DNA from: Candidatus Latescibacterota bacterium
Lineage (GTDB): Bacteria > Latescibacterota > UBA2968
Reading direction: 5' to 3'
Assembly: GCA_965207885.1 (NCBI GenBank)
Contig: OZ242311.1
Location: 2,496,001 to 2,560,000, forward strand
Length of the DNA stretch: 64,000 nucleotides
The translations under genes were made by a program, and so were the position numbers. The notes below the pieces were generated by a model that did not search any database, was not told the origin of the DNA, and saw only the letters and a list, made by a program, of their open reading frames with translations. Shown piece by piece: positions 49,555-59,899 of the stretch (positions are counted from its first letter, which is position 1; every line of letters begins with the position of its first letter).

Positions 49555-50425
49555 TTAGGTAGTGTCTGAAAAGTAAGCTTTGAAGAGTTGTCTGATACAG
49601 GCCAGCTTGACCATAGTGAGAAAATGAGTCGCCTTTTTTTCAAATCGGGTCACAATCCGTCGGCAGTGTTTAAGCCAACCAAAGAGACGCTCCACGATAT
49701 TGCGTTTGGCATATAATCTTTTATCACACTTAGGCCGTGGTCCTCTCTTACGCCGTTTTCTGCCTTTGGGAATCGCCTTGTTTGGGATAGCAGCCTTGAT
49801 ACCCCGTTTGCGTAGATAGACTCTGATGCGTGAGACATCATAAGATTTATCAGCTACCAGATACTTGGGTCGGTTTCTTGGACGCCCTCGTTTGGTGGGT
49901 ATGCATACCTTTGACAGTAGCCTTTCAGCCTGTGTGGATTCTGACTGGTTACCAGGGAGAAGATCCACTGCTAAAGGATGCCCGACTGCATCGCAAAGAA
50001 GATGGATTTTCGTGGTCAAACCGCCACGAGAGCGTCCTAAAGCGTGATCTGGGGGCTCTTCTTCACCCTTTTTGCCCTTTTTTTTTCGCTCCTGCCGCGG
50101 CTTGTGTGGCTCGAATATGGGTTGCATCCATCATCCAGGTCGCATAATCTAAAAGACCATCTTCACCCAATTTGAGATGTAGCTTTTCTACAATGCGATC
50201 AAAGGTGCCATCCTGTTTCCATTTGCAGAATCGGTCAAAGGCTGTCTGCCAAGGACCATATCGTTCTGGCAGGTCGCGCCAAGCTGCACCTGAACACAAT
50301 ATCCAGAAGATCCCGTTGAATAATGTACGATCATCCCGACGGGGACGACCCATCTTCTTCGGCGGTGGGAACAGGTCTTGGATCAGATGCCAAGCCTCGT
50401 CGCGCAGTTCATATCTCCGTTGCAT
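49555..50425 (-). CDS. IS5-family transposase OrfA+OrfB
   Basis: Protein sequences identical to those at 27169-28039. Confidence 0.9.
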
Positions 50426-50494
50426 ATCATACTCCTTGGTTTAGGGCGTATGCTGCAACTAAAATACATACTTTACGACTTTTCAGACACTACC
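49558..50494 (-). mobile_element. IS5-family insertion sequence, 937 bp, copy 2 (inverted relative to copy 1)
   Basis: Same terminal inverted repeats, TA duplication at 49556-49557 and 50495-50496, identical translated ORFs. Confidence 0.93.
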
Positions 50495-50912
50495 TAGGAT
50501 AGAATCTCAGGTTTTTGAGTTCACTAATGCTCATCCATTTTACCCCAACCTGCATCGGATCTCCCTCTGGGGCCTCGGAGGCATTATATCTTTCATCAAC
50601 GGAACATCGGAAGATGAAATCAATTAAATGGACCCCTTTCGTCCGGGAGTCGGCGTGATTGTCAGTGATATATTCTCGAACAAAGTTTAAACCTTCAACT
50701 GTGACGTCAGCACCTATTTCTTCCTGGCACTCCCGCTTGAGAGCATCTATAAGTGTCTCTTTTCCAGGTTCCATGCCTCCCCCTGGTAGAATGTACCAAA
50801 GACCTTTGTCATCGATATTTTCAGTAACAAGAATTTGGTCGCCTCTCTGAATCAGAGCCTTGGCTGCATTTCGCAAGTTCATAATAGATACCTCAAGCGA
50901 ATCTCACGCTAC

Positions 50913-52256
50913 TCATCTCAGATCATTTTCCCCCAACACGTATTTGATCTGTACGTTCCCGTCTTTATCGACGATTTTCATGTTTAGCTCGCGGTTGCCT
51001 TTAGGGCCTGAGAAACGGAGTAGCCCGAAGTTGAAACCGGGATAGACTGTTGCGATACTCTGTGGGTTTCCGCGCCAGCCCGAGCGGGATCTCTGGACGA
51101 TTGGGTCTGTTCTGACGGCGGCGTTGGAACTGAGCAATTCAAAGAGGGGATAGGTGTCCTGTCCCTCGCGATAGAGGCGGTTGAGCGTCCCAACGTGCCA
51201 ATCGCCTGCGATGAAGACGACACCGGTGATGTTTTCGGCGAACATCCATTTCAGGAAGTCGTCCCGCTCTGTGCCGAAATTGTCCCAGCGTTCGCCGCGT
51301 CCCGTGAAGTCAACGACCATGCTATTTCCATTGGCGATTACTTTGAATGTCGCCGTGCTCGCCTTCAGGGATGCTTTCAGCCAGTCGATCTGGCCCCGGC
51401 CGAACATTGTCTTGCGGTCTTCTGCTTCGTTCGGGTCCCTATGATAGCGGTCGTCGAGCATGAAGAACTCGACATCGGAAATTCGAAATTTGTGAAAGAT
51501 CCCCTTTGTCTGGGAAGTGCCCCCGCCCGAGTTCGGCCAATACCGTCGATACAGTTCCAGGGTCTCTTCCCGGTAGGAGAATGTACGATCGGAGTTGTTG
51601 GGGCCATAGTCGTGGTCGTCCCAGATCCCATAGCTGGGCGTCGTTGCCATGAGTGCTCTGATCTCCGGTACATGTCGCACTTCGCGATGATATCCCGCCA
51701 TTGCATAGCGGACTGGATCCGGGTCCTCGCCGTAGTGACTGGATCGTCCCGGCATGTAGTTGATGTCGCCAATAAAGAAAAATGCGTTTGGGCGGTGTTG
51801 CAAGACTTCTGCAAATGCAGGTTGCATGGGCTGTGTTCCCGGGTTCAAGCAGGATCCGAATCCCACGGAGAAATCAGCGACGTAGGTTGAGTCATTCTGT
51901 CGCGGTTGCATCGCGGGCATTGTGCGGAATACCTGGGGGACAAGTGCTCTTATCTGTTTCCCATTTACCGAAATCGCGTAGTGAACCCTCGCGTTCTGCA
52001 CAAGTCCACTCAGTGTCACCGTGCCAGTGTGGGGATAGCTTTCTAAGGTCATCGTTTCTTTTGCTGCACGGGTGATCGTCATTGCTTTGCCCGTTTGTGT
52101 CCAGTAATCTACTGTGACCTTCGCTGGCGCGTCTGTCTCAACCCAGATTATCGCCGATGATGTCGTCGTGTGGCTTATCATTGGACCTGCAAGTAGCTCT
52201 GCGGCCATCATCCGCGTTGGAATAAGCATCAGTACTGTCAGGATCAAAATTTTCAT
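50913..52256 (-). CDS. phoD: PhoD-like alkaline phosphatase/phosphodiesterase
   Basis: Signal peptide; FGSC, GDINY, WDDHDY, LDDRYHR, AGDWH. Confidence 0.85.
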   Translation of the reverse strand: MKILILTVLMLIPTRMMAAELLAGPMISHTTTSSAIIWVETDAPAKVTVDYWTQTGKAMTITRAAKETMTLESYPHTGTVTLSGLVQNARVHYAISVNGKQIRALVPQVFRTMPAMQPRQNDSTYVADFSVGFGSCLNPGTQPMQPAFAEVLQHRPNAFFFIGDINYMPGRSSHYGEDPDPVRYAMAGYHREVRHVPEIRALMATTPSYGIWDDHDYGPNNSDRTFSYREETLELYRRYWPNSGGGTSQTKGIFHKFRISDVEFFMLDDRYHRDPNEAEDRKTMFGRGQIDWLKASLKASTATFKVIANGNSMVVDFTGRGERWDNFGTERDDFLKWMFAENITGVVFIAGDWHVGTLNRLYREGQDTYPLFELLSSNAAVRTDPIVQRSRSGWRGNPQSIATVYPGFNFGLLRFSGPKGNRELNMKIVDKDGNVQIKYVLGENDLR

Positions 52257-52747
52257 CCTTCCTCCTCTGTTGTAAAGGTTTTGATTGTCTTTGCCAGTTC
52301 TTCAGATCGCTGAGAACCAATCAATAGTCGTTTACCATTGGTTAGCTCCAATTGTACGCCTCGATCTCCACTCACATTATAAGCCATTCCTTTAGTTCCA
52401 TATCGAATCCCCCATCCGCCATATTCTTTGATTGGGCTGTACTGTCTGGCATCACATTTTGCAATTTCTGAGAATGAGATTACCTCTCTCTTTAGCGGAA
52501 AGAATCGGATGTGAATGGCGTCATTTTTGACTTCAGTTACCATCTTTATCGAAAGCATAAACACCGGTACTAATACCAAAGCCAGAGCAATGGCACCAAA
52601 AATGAGCATATTGGTGCCAGACATTGGCCAGTTCCGAAATACCTTGAATCCTATATAGATCAAAGCTGAGATGCAAGGTACAAGTACTATAGCCAATAGC
52701 CAGCTCTGTCTAAATTGCTGAATTTCGATGAAATTTGAGTTGTCCAT
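52253..52747 (-). CDS. DUF6141-like membrane protein
   Basis: FIEIQQFRQ.W, two TM segments, RFFP, EYGGWGIR, AYNVSG..GVQL, LLIGSQ. Confidence 0.75.
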   Translation of the reverse strand: MDNSNFIEIQQFRQSWLLAIVLVPCISALIYIGFKVFRNWPMSGTNMLIFGAIALALVLVPVFMLSIKMVTEVKNDAIHIRFFPLKREVISFSEIAKCDARQYSPIKEYGGWGIRYGTKGMAYNVSGDRGVQLELTNGKRLLIGSQRSEELAKTIKTFTTEEEG

Positions 52748-53737
52748 TTATGACTCCCAGGGAATGGGTACATTGATCTCTGTGGCAATGTGTTGCAACA
52801 TGTCGAGATGCTCTTCGGTCAGCGGGATGCCGCTTTGCTCGCGTTCTTGTTCGCGTTGCCATTCCAAGCTGCCGGGGACTTCGGCGCTCGACAAGCCCGG
52901 CATGGGGTTCAGCGACCGGCTTTCGCGCAAGATGCGAGAGATTTCTGCCTTATAAGCCTCCAGGTCTCCCAGCTGAGCCACATCAATTGCCACAATCATA
53001 AATCCCCGCGTAGCGCTTGAAAATTTTGGTCTGTGCGATTCAGGTGTTGCTGTGCCTGCTAAAATACCCGCCAGGAACCACGATGTAAATCGCATGCCCA
53101 AACTTTTAAAAATAAAATCTGGAAATGTCTGCAATGCCTCGGCGAGTTTGCTGCGGTCTTTCAACATGTTTGCGTTCATGTCCAGTACAAAAGGCGGACC
53201 TTCTGCAGTTGGTATGCCAAAACACATCGGGGGGGCAGACATCGCATCCCATACCGTTGCATCGGGGCGTGTCGGTTTTTCCCAGGCGATTCCCCCTGCC
53301 ACGCAAAAGGTCGCCAGGTCGCGTGTTAGTGCCAGCCGCGCGTAGATCCCCGCGCTGCCCACATGGCCGTGATTGCGCGTGCTCGCAACGGCAATGCCGT
53401 TTGTTTTCGCCTTTTCAATGACGGCCTCTGTTGCCCGCGTTGCTACGAGGTAACCCGCACCGCCATCGCCATCAAAAATCGCCATTGAAGGGGCATCCAT
53501 GATCTGGGCAATTTCGGGCTGTGGGTTAATGCGCCCTTCTCGAAACTCAGCCACATACCGCCGCAACTGTCGCGTGCCGTGTGAGGCCACCCCGCGCAAA
53601 TCCACATCTACAAGATAGCGCGCGATCAACGCGGCATCGCCATCTGGCAAACCGACTTTGTGCAATGCTGCGGTAGCAAAGTCGCGCAACAGATCGGGCA
53701 TGATGCGCCTGGCGTCTTCGGGGATATAAACGGGCAT
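52748..53737 (-). CDS. Ldh_2 family (malate/L-lactate/ureidoglycolate-type) oxidoreductase
   Basis: DLRGVASHG, DGDGGAG, GIAVASTRNHGH, LDM, VPG. Confidence 0.88.
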   Translation of the reverse strand: MPVYIPEDARRIMPDLLRDFATAALHKVGLPDGDAALIARYLVDVDLRGVASHGTRQLRRYVAEFREGRINPQPEIAQIMDAPSMAIFDGDGGAGYLVATRATEAVIEKAKTNGIAVASTRNHGHVGSAGIYARLALTRDLATFCVAGGIAWEKPTRPDATVWDAMSAPPMCFGIPTAEGPPFVLDMNANMLKDRSKLAEALQTFPDFIFKSLGMRFTSWFLAGILAGTATPESHRPKFSSATRGFMIVAIDVAQLGDLEAYKAEISRILRESRSLNPMPGLSSAEVPGSLEWQREQEREQSGIPLTEEHLDMLQHIATEINVPIPWES

Positions 53738-53758
53738 GAAGTCTCCTGCGAGGTGGAA

Positions 53759-54982
53759 TTACTGTTCCGTCCAACTGGCGATGAAGTCCGCCGTGCTGTA
53801 GTCCGAGGGCATTTCGTTGAAATAGTGCTTCATAGGGATGGACTGAAAGCCCGGCACAAAGTGTTCTTCGTCCGATTGGAGTCGTGCTTCGAGTGGGCTG
53901 AAGCGATCCCAGAGTAAGTGGGCTTCTTCTGGAGTGAATCGTTCGGCGAATTTCGATCCCCAGTTGAGCGTGATGGGATGTTTTCCCAGCAGGCGACGCT
54001 GGAGGTCTTCGGCGATGTCCTGAAGCGGGGGATCTTTTCGCAGTCGAATCGCAAGTGCCGCTTTGCAGAGGAATACGGTTGACAGAATTCTACCTTTTTC
54101 GGCCCGCCACGGATGGAGGTTGTCCAGGGTGCTGAGATACGCGCTGCCATCGCCAGAGAGAACGGCTCTCAGTGCGTCTTCCGTATGCTGCTTCATTTGT
54201 TCACTGCGGTTGTTCCAGCGCGCGAATGCCTCCTGTGCCTGCGGAGAAATGTAGTTGGTAAACGAGAGGTCGTCAATTGAAGTGTGGGTCGAGAAGCCAC
54301 CGTGGATGGTTCGCCGCATTTTGGGGCTGTAGTTGCTGCCCCAGTGGAGGATGGGGAGGATATAGACGACGCCGTCACCGGCTTCGAGATGGGTCTGTAC
54401 GCTATTGGGTAGCGGACGACAGGGGTCTGCCAACAATAGCTCGTTCTCTTCTGGGGTGTTCAGCCGCAGATGGCTGCCCGGTATCACCCAGAGGACGCTG
54501 TCGTCGTAGAGCGGGATGTTCCACTGGACGTAGCGCGGGCCTCCTTCGAGGATGTCGTCGATATAGCCCTGAAGCGGTGCTGTGTCGATCGGATGGTGAT
54601 CGCGGTGCCACTTTGCCGGTCCGTGATCCCTGACGGGGTTGCACATCATCATCATTTCTGTGGCGGCTCCGTCCGCTACATCGAGAAGTTCTGTGCTGAC
54701 TCCGTGAATGTTTTCCTCGAGCCATACTTCGACCGCTGGCGCGGTCTCCTGGTCGATCTGATTGACGAGTGGCGACCTTGAAAGTTGCAGGCGAGGCTGC
54801 GGCGCTGTTTCCCATACGCCTCCAGGTGGATCATTTTCTGCACGCTCGGCTTTCCAGTTTTCGCGCTGGCGGTCAACGAGCGTTTCATACGCCTGACGGA
54901 CGCGTTCGAGTTTGTCGCGTGGTACGGCTTCCCTGACGATGAGGTAGCCTGTTTCCAAAAATTCGTCGCGGTTGAGTTTCAT
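53759..54982 (-). CDS. PhyH-family dioxygenase with C-terminal extension
   Basis: FLETGYLIVR, WHRD, QWNIPL, PGSH, LHWG, RRTIH. Confidence 0.85.
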   Translation of the reverse strand: MKLNRDEFLETGYLIVREAVPRDKLERVRQAYETLVDRQRENWKAERAENDPPGGVWETAPQPRLQLSRSPLVNQIDQETAPAVEVWLEENIHGVSTELLDVADGAATEMMMMCNPVRDHGPAKWHRDHHPIDTAPLQGYIDDILEGGPRYVQWNIPLYDDSVLWVIPGSHLRLNTPEENELLLADPCRPLPNSVQTHLEAGDGVVYILPILHWGSNYSPKMRRTIHGGFSTHTSIDDLSFTNYISPQAQEAFARWNNRSEQMKQHTEDALRAVLSGDGSAYLSTLDNLHPWRAEKGRILSTVFLCKAALAIRLRKDPPLQDIAEDLQRRLLGKHPITLNWGSKFAERFTPEEAHLLWDRFSPLEARLQSDEEHFVPGFQSIPMKHYFNEMPSDYSTADFIASWTEQ

Positions 54983-55014
54983 GGCTGACTCCAAGGTGTT
55001 AGGCGAGGGCGTTT

Positions 55015-55482
55015 CTACCCGGTCCGGATAAGTATGAAATCTTCATCATCGCTCGGTGGCTCAAAGCGATTGATGAATTCTGTAAATGCCTGGTTGTTAA
55101 TCCAAAGTGAATCCTGGTCGTTTTTTGAACGAGTGAGGACCCGCTTTCGAAGTACGTCAATGGGAGCGTCGAGGAAATAGAGTTTTGATTCTGCGCCTAT
55201 GGCCGCCACCGCTTGCCTGATATTTTCGCGATCCCTTTTGTACCAGAATCCTTTATCGAGTATGACATCTGTGCCGAGGGCGAGATTGCGCGTGGCAATG
55301 CGCCAGATCCGATTGGAAACACGGTCGAAAAGTGCTTCAAATTGCTCGGGCGATCTGCCGTAGAGTTGAACCATCCACTCGTCATAAGTGTATCGCACAG
55401 CCCTATGAGTCTCTTCAAGCTCCCGAGCAAAAGTGGTCTTACCCGAACCCGGTCGGCTACAGAGTAAGTGAACGGTTGCCAT
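55015..55482 (-). CDS. AAA_33-type kinase-like P-loop protein
   Basis: RPGSGKTT, DEWM, DVILDKGFW, FEPP. Confidence 0.82.
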   Translation of the reverse strand: MATVHLLCSRPGSGKTTFARELEETHRAVRYTYDEWMVQLYGRSPEQFEALFDRVSNRIWRIATRNLALGTDVILDKGFWYKRDRENIRQAVAAIGAESKLYFLDAPIDVLRKRVLTRSKNDQDSLWINNQAFTEFINRFEPPSDDEDFILIRTG

Positions 55483-55505
55483 TGTATCTAATCAATACCT
55501 CTGTT

Positions 55506-56321
55506 TTAATTATCAGGCCTTTGCCCGATGTAGAGGATGTGTCTGGATGAAGCCACCATGCTTTGTTCGGCACTGATTTCGAATAGAAGATTCAGCCAGA
55601 GATCTCTCTGTTTTCCTTTAAGCGTGTTATAGCGTTCGTCGTCTGCGGAGATAGATGGCTCGACACCTGCAGTTTTGAGGGTGCGGAATCCCACGCACTC
55701 ATGCATAGGGGCGATTTCTTCCAGCCGAACATAATAGCCCCGAAAGCCTCCTTTTGGAGCATTGGAGGGGCGGTGGCCTTGTTCTATGTGTGACCAAACC
55801 GCTTCCTGGTTCTCAATCCACGAAGGATTGTCCTTGATGAGGTCCCCAAGAATACCAAATCTGGAAATCATTGCAGAAAAGATCACACCCCCTGGTTTTA
55901 GACAGGCATAGGCAGATCGCAGGGCTGCTGTTCGGTCGGTTTCAAGTAATAGGTGATACAGAGGCCCCATGAGGAGAACAGCTTCAAACTCGCCGCGCGG
56001 AATCCCATCCAGTTGGCGCGCATCGCCAGTGCGGAAATCAATTTGATCAGAGAGACCAAGCTCTTCCGCTTTCGCTTTGCATCGGGTGACGTACTCGTCG
56101 GCGAGGTCAATAGCCGTGATCTGATAGCCTCGTCTTGCCAGAGGAAAAGTGTAAAATCCCGTGCCGAAACCAATTTCGAGGAGCCTGCCGCGAGGTGGGA
56201 GGTATAGATTCAAATAGCGCCAGGTGATATCTGCTTCGAGTTGGTGGCGTTCCAATCTGTTTGCCTCTGCATCCCAGGCTGCGTTGTAAAACTCGCGTAT
56301 GTCGGTCAGATCGTCCATCAT
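55506..56321 (-). CDS. Class I SAM-dependent methyltransferase
   Basis: LLEIGFGTG, GDAR, LLMGPLYHL, LKPGG. Confidence 0.9.
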   Translation of the reverse strand: MMDDLTDIREFYNAAWDAEANRLERHQLEADITWRYLNLYLPPRGRLLEIGFGTGFYTFPLARRGYQITAIDLADEYVTRCKAKAEELGLSDQIDFRTGDARQLDGIPRGEFEAVLLMGPLYHLLLETDRTAALRSAYACLKPGGVIFSAMISRFGILGDLIKDNPSWIENQEAVWSHIEQGHRPSNAPKGGFRGYYVRLEEIAPMHECVGFRTLKTAGVEPSISADDERYNTLKGKQRDLWLNLLFEISAEQSMVASSRHILYIGQRPDN

Positions 56322-56358
56322 GTCAGAGGATTGCTCTATCTGCGTGTGGCACTTTCCC

Positions 56359-57447
56359 TTACCTCGGTTCGTTGGGATATAAATTCATTACATATTGGTC
56401 ATACCCATTGAATAGCAGGGTCGGGCGTATTTCGGGGTTCGAAGCATTGGTGGTGATAAATCGTTCCTGGGCTTGAGACCACCGGGGATGGGCGACCTTG
56501 GGATTGACATTGGCAAAGAAACCGTATTCTCTTGGAACGAGCGTATTCCAGAAGGTTCTCGGTTGCTCGCGGACAAACTCAATGCTCACGAGCGATTTGA
56601 TGCTCTTAAAGCCGTATTTCCAGGGCACGACCAGACGGATGGGTGCCCCGTGCTGGTTGGGCATTTCGTGACCGTAAATCCCCGTAGCTATAAAAGCGAG
56701 TTCATTTGTCGCTTCTTCCATTGTCAGCCCTTCGACATAGGGCCAGGGATAGTGGGGGGCGTTGAGCTGGCCAGGAGCCTGATTCGGATCCAGAAAGGTT
56801 GTCATCTTGACGAACTTTGCCGTAGAAAGCGGTTGTACCAGGTCTATGAGGGCTTTCATCGGAAAACCGGTCCATGGTATCGCCATAGACCACGCCTCTA
56901 CACACCGCAAGCGGTAAAGCCGTTCTTCCAGCGGAATAGCGCGGACCAGATCGCCAAAGTCATATGTCTTTGCCTGAGGGACCTCTCCCTTGATTTCCAC
57001 TTTCCAGGGATCTGTCATGAAGTTTTCTGATAGCGGCTTTACCTGAGTCTTGCCGGTGCTGAATTCATAAAAATTATTGTACGATCCGGCAATTGACTCC
57101 TCGGTTAAAGGCCGGTCCAGTTCCTTGAATTCATCATTGAGTCTGGCGGGGTAAAGCGGCTGCGGCGGTTGTGGTGGTTGCGGTGGATCTGGCGGTTGTT
57201 GCGGCGGTTGTGGCGGTTGCTGTGGATCCTGAGGTTGCTGAGGTTGTTGCGGTTGCTGCGGTGGTTGTTGAGGCTCCTCAGTCGGCGTAGTGGGTGCTCT
57301 TTCTGCAGGGGTAAAAATTTTCTCATGTCCGCAGCCTGCTAACGTCCCCAGGGCACCTCCTGCGGCTACCATAAACTTTCGCCGGTTCATATAAACATCT
57401 TCTGGCGTTGCTTCTCTCTCGGGTATTTCCCAACCTCGTTTTGGCAT
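56359..57447 (-). CDS. msrP: Methionine sulfoxide reductase molybdoenzyme MsrP with Pro/Gln linker
   Basis: Tat RRKF, YNNFYEF, RLRCVEAWSM, WPYVEGL, HGAPIRLVVPWKYGFKSIK, HPRWSQA. Confidence 0.93.
   Translation of the reverse strand: MPKRGWEIPEREATPEDVYMNRRKFMVAAGGALGTLAGCGHEKIFTPAERAPTTPTEEPQQPPQQPQQPQQPQDPQQPPQPPQQPPDPPQPPQPPQPLYPARLNDEFKELDRPLTEESIAGSYNNFYEFSTGKTQVKPLSENFMTDPWKVEIKGEVPQAKTYDFGDLVRAIPLEERLYRLRCVEAWSMAIPWTGFPMKALIDLVQPLSTAKFVKMTTFLDPNQAPGQLNAPHYPWPYVEGLTMEEATNELAFIATGIYGHEMPNQHGAPIRLVVPWKYGFKSIKSLVSIEFVREQPRTFWNTLVPREYGFFANVNPKVAHPRWSQAQERFITTNASNPEIRPTLLFNGYDQYVMNLYPNEPR
57157..57273 (-). repeat. Degenerate 9-bp tandem repeat encoding (PQQ/PPQ/PQD)n
   Basis: EPQQPPQQPQQPQQPQDPQQPPQPPQQPPDPPQPPQPPQP. 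Confidence 0.85.
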
Positions 57448-57474
57448 ATCAACCTCCTTGATCAGGTCCCTGGC

Positions 57475-58332
57475 TTATTTTTTAAATGCTATTCCAAACA
57501 AAAACGTATTTCCTGCAGAGGTGTTGCAACCCGCTGCGATGCGAATCATATCCACGCTCAGTTCCATCCAGTTTGTTAAACGGTAAATTACTCCAGGAGA
57601 GATTTTTAAGACACTCTGGTCACCGATCAATTCAACCTCTCCAACCGGATTGCAAGTTCCAAAGGTGCGGATACCCGAAAGATACCCTTTGAACAGGAAT
57701 CGGTCCACTGTAATCCCGACCTCCAGGGCATAAAACCATTCATTACTGATGTCTCCACCGCGGACCCGGTAGCCTACCTCTCCAGTTACATAAATCGGAG
57801 CGGGGTAAAGAGATTGGCCCAGTAGCAGCCGAATATCTGCATCCATCTTTTTAGAACTCAGGGGAACCCGCGTGTTGGGGTCGTCATCGTACCACAGTGG
57901 AATTTTGCCTCCCACAGCAATTGATGCGACCACGGGCTTGTTGGCCAAAAGCCACCGCAAACGCATTTCCATGTCGCCAAAACCCCACCGGCGCTCCAGT
58001 GCTGTGCCCGTAACAACCAGATCGAGATCTCTCAGGGTGCGGGTATCCCTTAGCTGTTTGTAGGGGACGGACGACACAAGTGTGAGTCGGTCCAACAAGC
58101 CGTATTCCAGGTAGGTCGAATAATTGAGATCTCTCAGTTCTCCCATATTTGCCTTCTGAATCTGCTTGCCGTTGGCATCAATATCTATGGTCGAGTTCAA
58201 ATAGCTGGCTCCGACCTTAAAATAATAGCCACCCTTATTCTGGGTCCACGCGCCGGCAAAGGCAGTGGATGTCAGTCCTAAATAGGTCGCGCAAATAACA
58301 ATAAAAAATAGTCTTCGCATTGGCTTATCCAT
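57475..58332 (-). CDS. Secreted hypothetical protein, probable outer-membrane beta-barrel
   Basis: Signal peptide ending AFA-GAWTQ; YLEYGL, GFGD; amphipathic beta strands. Confidence 0.6.
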   Translation of the reverse strand: MDKPMRRLFFIVICATYLGLTSTAFAGAWTQNKGGYYFKVGASYLNSTIDIDANGKQIQKANMGELRDLNYSTYLEYGLLDRLTLVSSVPYKQLRDTRTLRDLDLVVTGTALERRWGFGDMEMRLRWLLANKPVVASIAVGGKIPLWYDDDPNTRVPLSSKKMDADIRLLLGQSLYPAPIYVTGEVGYRVRGGDISNEWFYALEVGITVDRFLFKGYLSGIRTFGTCNPVGEVELIGDQSVLKISPGVIYRLTNWMELSVDMIRIAAGCNTSAGNTFLFGIAFKK

Positions 58333-58403
58333 ATTCTATGAGGTTTTATTGATAGTGTCGGTCAGCATTATAAAGCCTATAATCAATTTAAGTTCCCCTT
58401 CCC

Positions 58404-59897
58404 TCATTCCTCTTCAATGACGGCCGTGTGGGCAGTCATCGTCGCACTGGGCGAGAGTCGCGGCCTCAGGCCGCTGGCAGTCGTCAGACCCCGGAGCCTT
58501 ACTTCCTGGCAGGGGGTGTATGGGAAAGGACGTTCCTCAGACGCGGAGGCCTGTTCGACGCCATCGTGGAAGTTGTCCGGGTCGGTGAAGAAGTACATGC
58601 CCTGGTAATTCTCGGGCGTATTGGAATCATCTACGAATAGTCCGTCAATAACGACTTCTTCAGGCATAGAGCAGGGATATCCGAAATCGTGCGTGCCGTC
58701 ATTGGAAACATTGATCATGTGAGGCTGACAGGTGTCTCCACAAGCCGGAATCCATCGGCAGTTGCGGATCTCGATCGCTCCCTCCCAGGTGCTGCCATAG
58801 TCGCGCCGAAAGGAGACCAGGCTACTGCCGTACAACGTAGAATCCTCGAGTGTTAGCTGGCCTCGGCCGATCGCGTTCAGCCCCATATGGCCCAGGGTGC
58901 AGCGACGGATAACATAGGTGCCGGAAACGCCCATGTGCGTGTCCATTCTGGAGAGATGGCAGTCCTCGAGCAGGATATCTTTGCAGAAGTTGGATCCGAT
59001 CACGCCCCAGCGCGTGCGGTCGGTGATGTGGTTCATCCGACATCCAATCATTGTGAATCCCACGACGTTGTTCGCATTGTAGTCGTAGGTGCCCATGCTG
59101 ACCGGCTTACCCGCCGCGCCGATGGTTGAGTAGATTTTGTGCCCGGTGGCGAAGCAGTTGCGCAGCGTGATGTGGGCACACTGTTGCACGCTGATGAATC
59201 CGGAATAGGGACAGCCCACGGCTGTCTCGCCGACGACATAGTGGGTCAGATCCGCGACTTCTGTATTCGAGCGGGAGATCACAATATTCCGATTCCAGTA
59301 GTTGTAACCATTTGGATGGTGCTCGCGGTTGGCAAATGTGGTAAAGACGCCGCCGCGCAGGTATAGCGTCTGCTCGTCAATTGGCCGCGCTTCCACCCGG
59401 GTGATCTGATCGTATTCCCAGTCGATGTCCGCCTCCACCGAGCCGTCTCGACGCAGGATGAAGCAGTCGTGCTGGGGTGCGCCGTCGTTCTGGTTGAGCC
59501 CCCGCCGGATATACAGCCTCTTGTGCGCGTTTTCCACGAGGACGTGACAGTCGCGCTTCGGCCGCGCATCCACCTGTTTCTGGTCTCTCGTGAGCCGATC
59601 AATCTGCAGTTCCTCTGGTTCCAACAGCGAGCGTACTTCAAAGAGATGCGCTTTGTGGTCTTCAACCTGTGTGTCGTCAATCGTGAAACGGGAGGTGTTC
59701 CAGTCGGTATCGGTTGCGATTATGGCGGTCAGTGCCCGGCCGCCGAGATGGTACGTCGCGCCAGGCTTTGTCCTGACACTCAGGCCGTGCGCGTTGGCGT
59801 AGGCGTGTGCCTCGCAGATCGCTGGCATGTCATCCGTGACGCCGTCGCCCTTTGCACCGAAAGCCTCGTAGTCTATCAGGCCTTCTTTAAAATCCAT
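58404..59897 (-). CDS. Pectin-lyase-like right-handed beta-helix protein
   Basis: FGAKGDGVTDD..AI..AH; repeated I.L..C turns. Confidence 0.7.
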   Translation of the reverse strand: MDFKEGLIDYEAFGAKGDGVTDDMPAICEAHAYANAHGLSVRTKPGATYHLGGRALTAIIATDTDWNTSRFTIDDTQVEDHKAHLFEVRSLLEPEELQIDRLTRDQKQVDARPKRDCHVLVENAHKRLYIRRGLNQNDGAPQHDCFILRRDGSVEADIDWEYDQITRVEARPIDEQTLYLRGGVFTTFANREHHPNGYNYWNRNIVISRSNTEVADLTHYVVGETAVGCPYSGFISVQQCAHITLRNCFATGHKIYSTIGAAGKPVSMGTYDYNANNVVGFTMIGCRMNHITDRTRWGVIGSNFCKDILLEDCHLSRMDTHMGVSGTYVIRRCTLGHMGLNAIGRGQLTLEDSTLYGSSLVSFRRDYGSTWEGAIEIRNCRWIPACGDTCQPHMINVSNDGTHDFGYPCSMPEEVVIDGLFVDDSNTPENYQGMYFFTDPDNFHDGVEQASASEERPFPYTPCQEVRLRGLTTASGLRPRLSPSATMTAHTAVIEEE

Positions 59898-59899
59898 GG

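Larger units (their letters stand above)
49488..50882 (-). pseudogene. Nudix hydrolase interrupted near its C-terminus by IS5 copy 2
   Basis: Nudix box GGGMEPGKETLIDALKRECQEEIG; removing the IS restores RFYPKPLLDYLGSEPGAPPIYLGDIT*. Confidence 0.88.

Noticed and set aside
27100-50494. Composite transposon bounded by the two IS copies
   Set aside because: Each copy has its own TA duplication within a separately reconstructable gene, so the insertions were independent.
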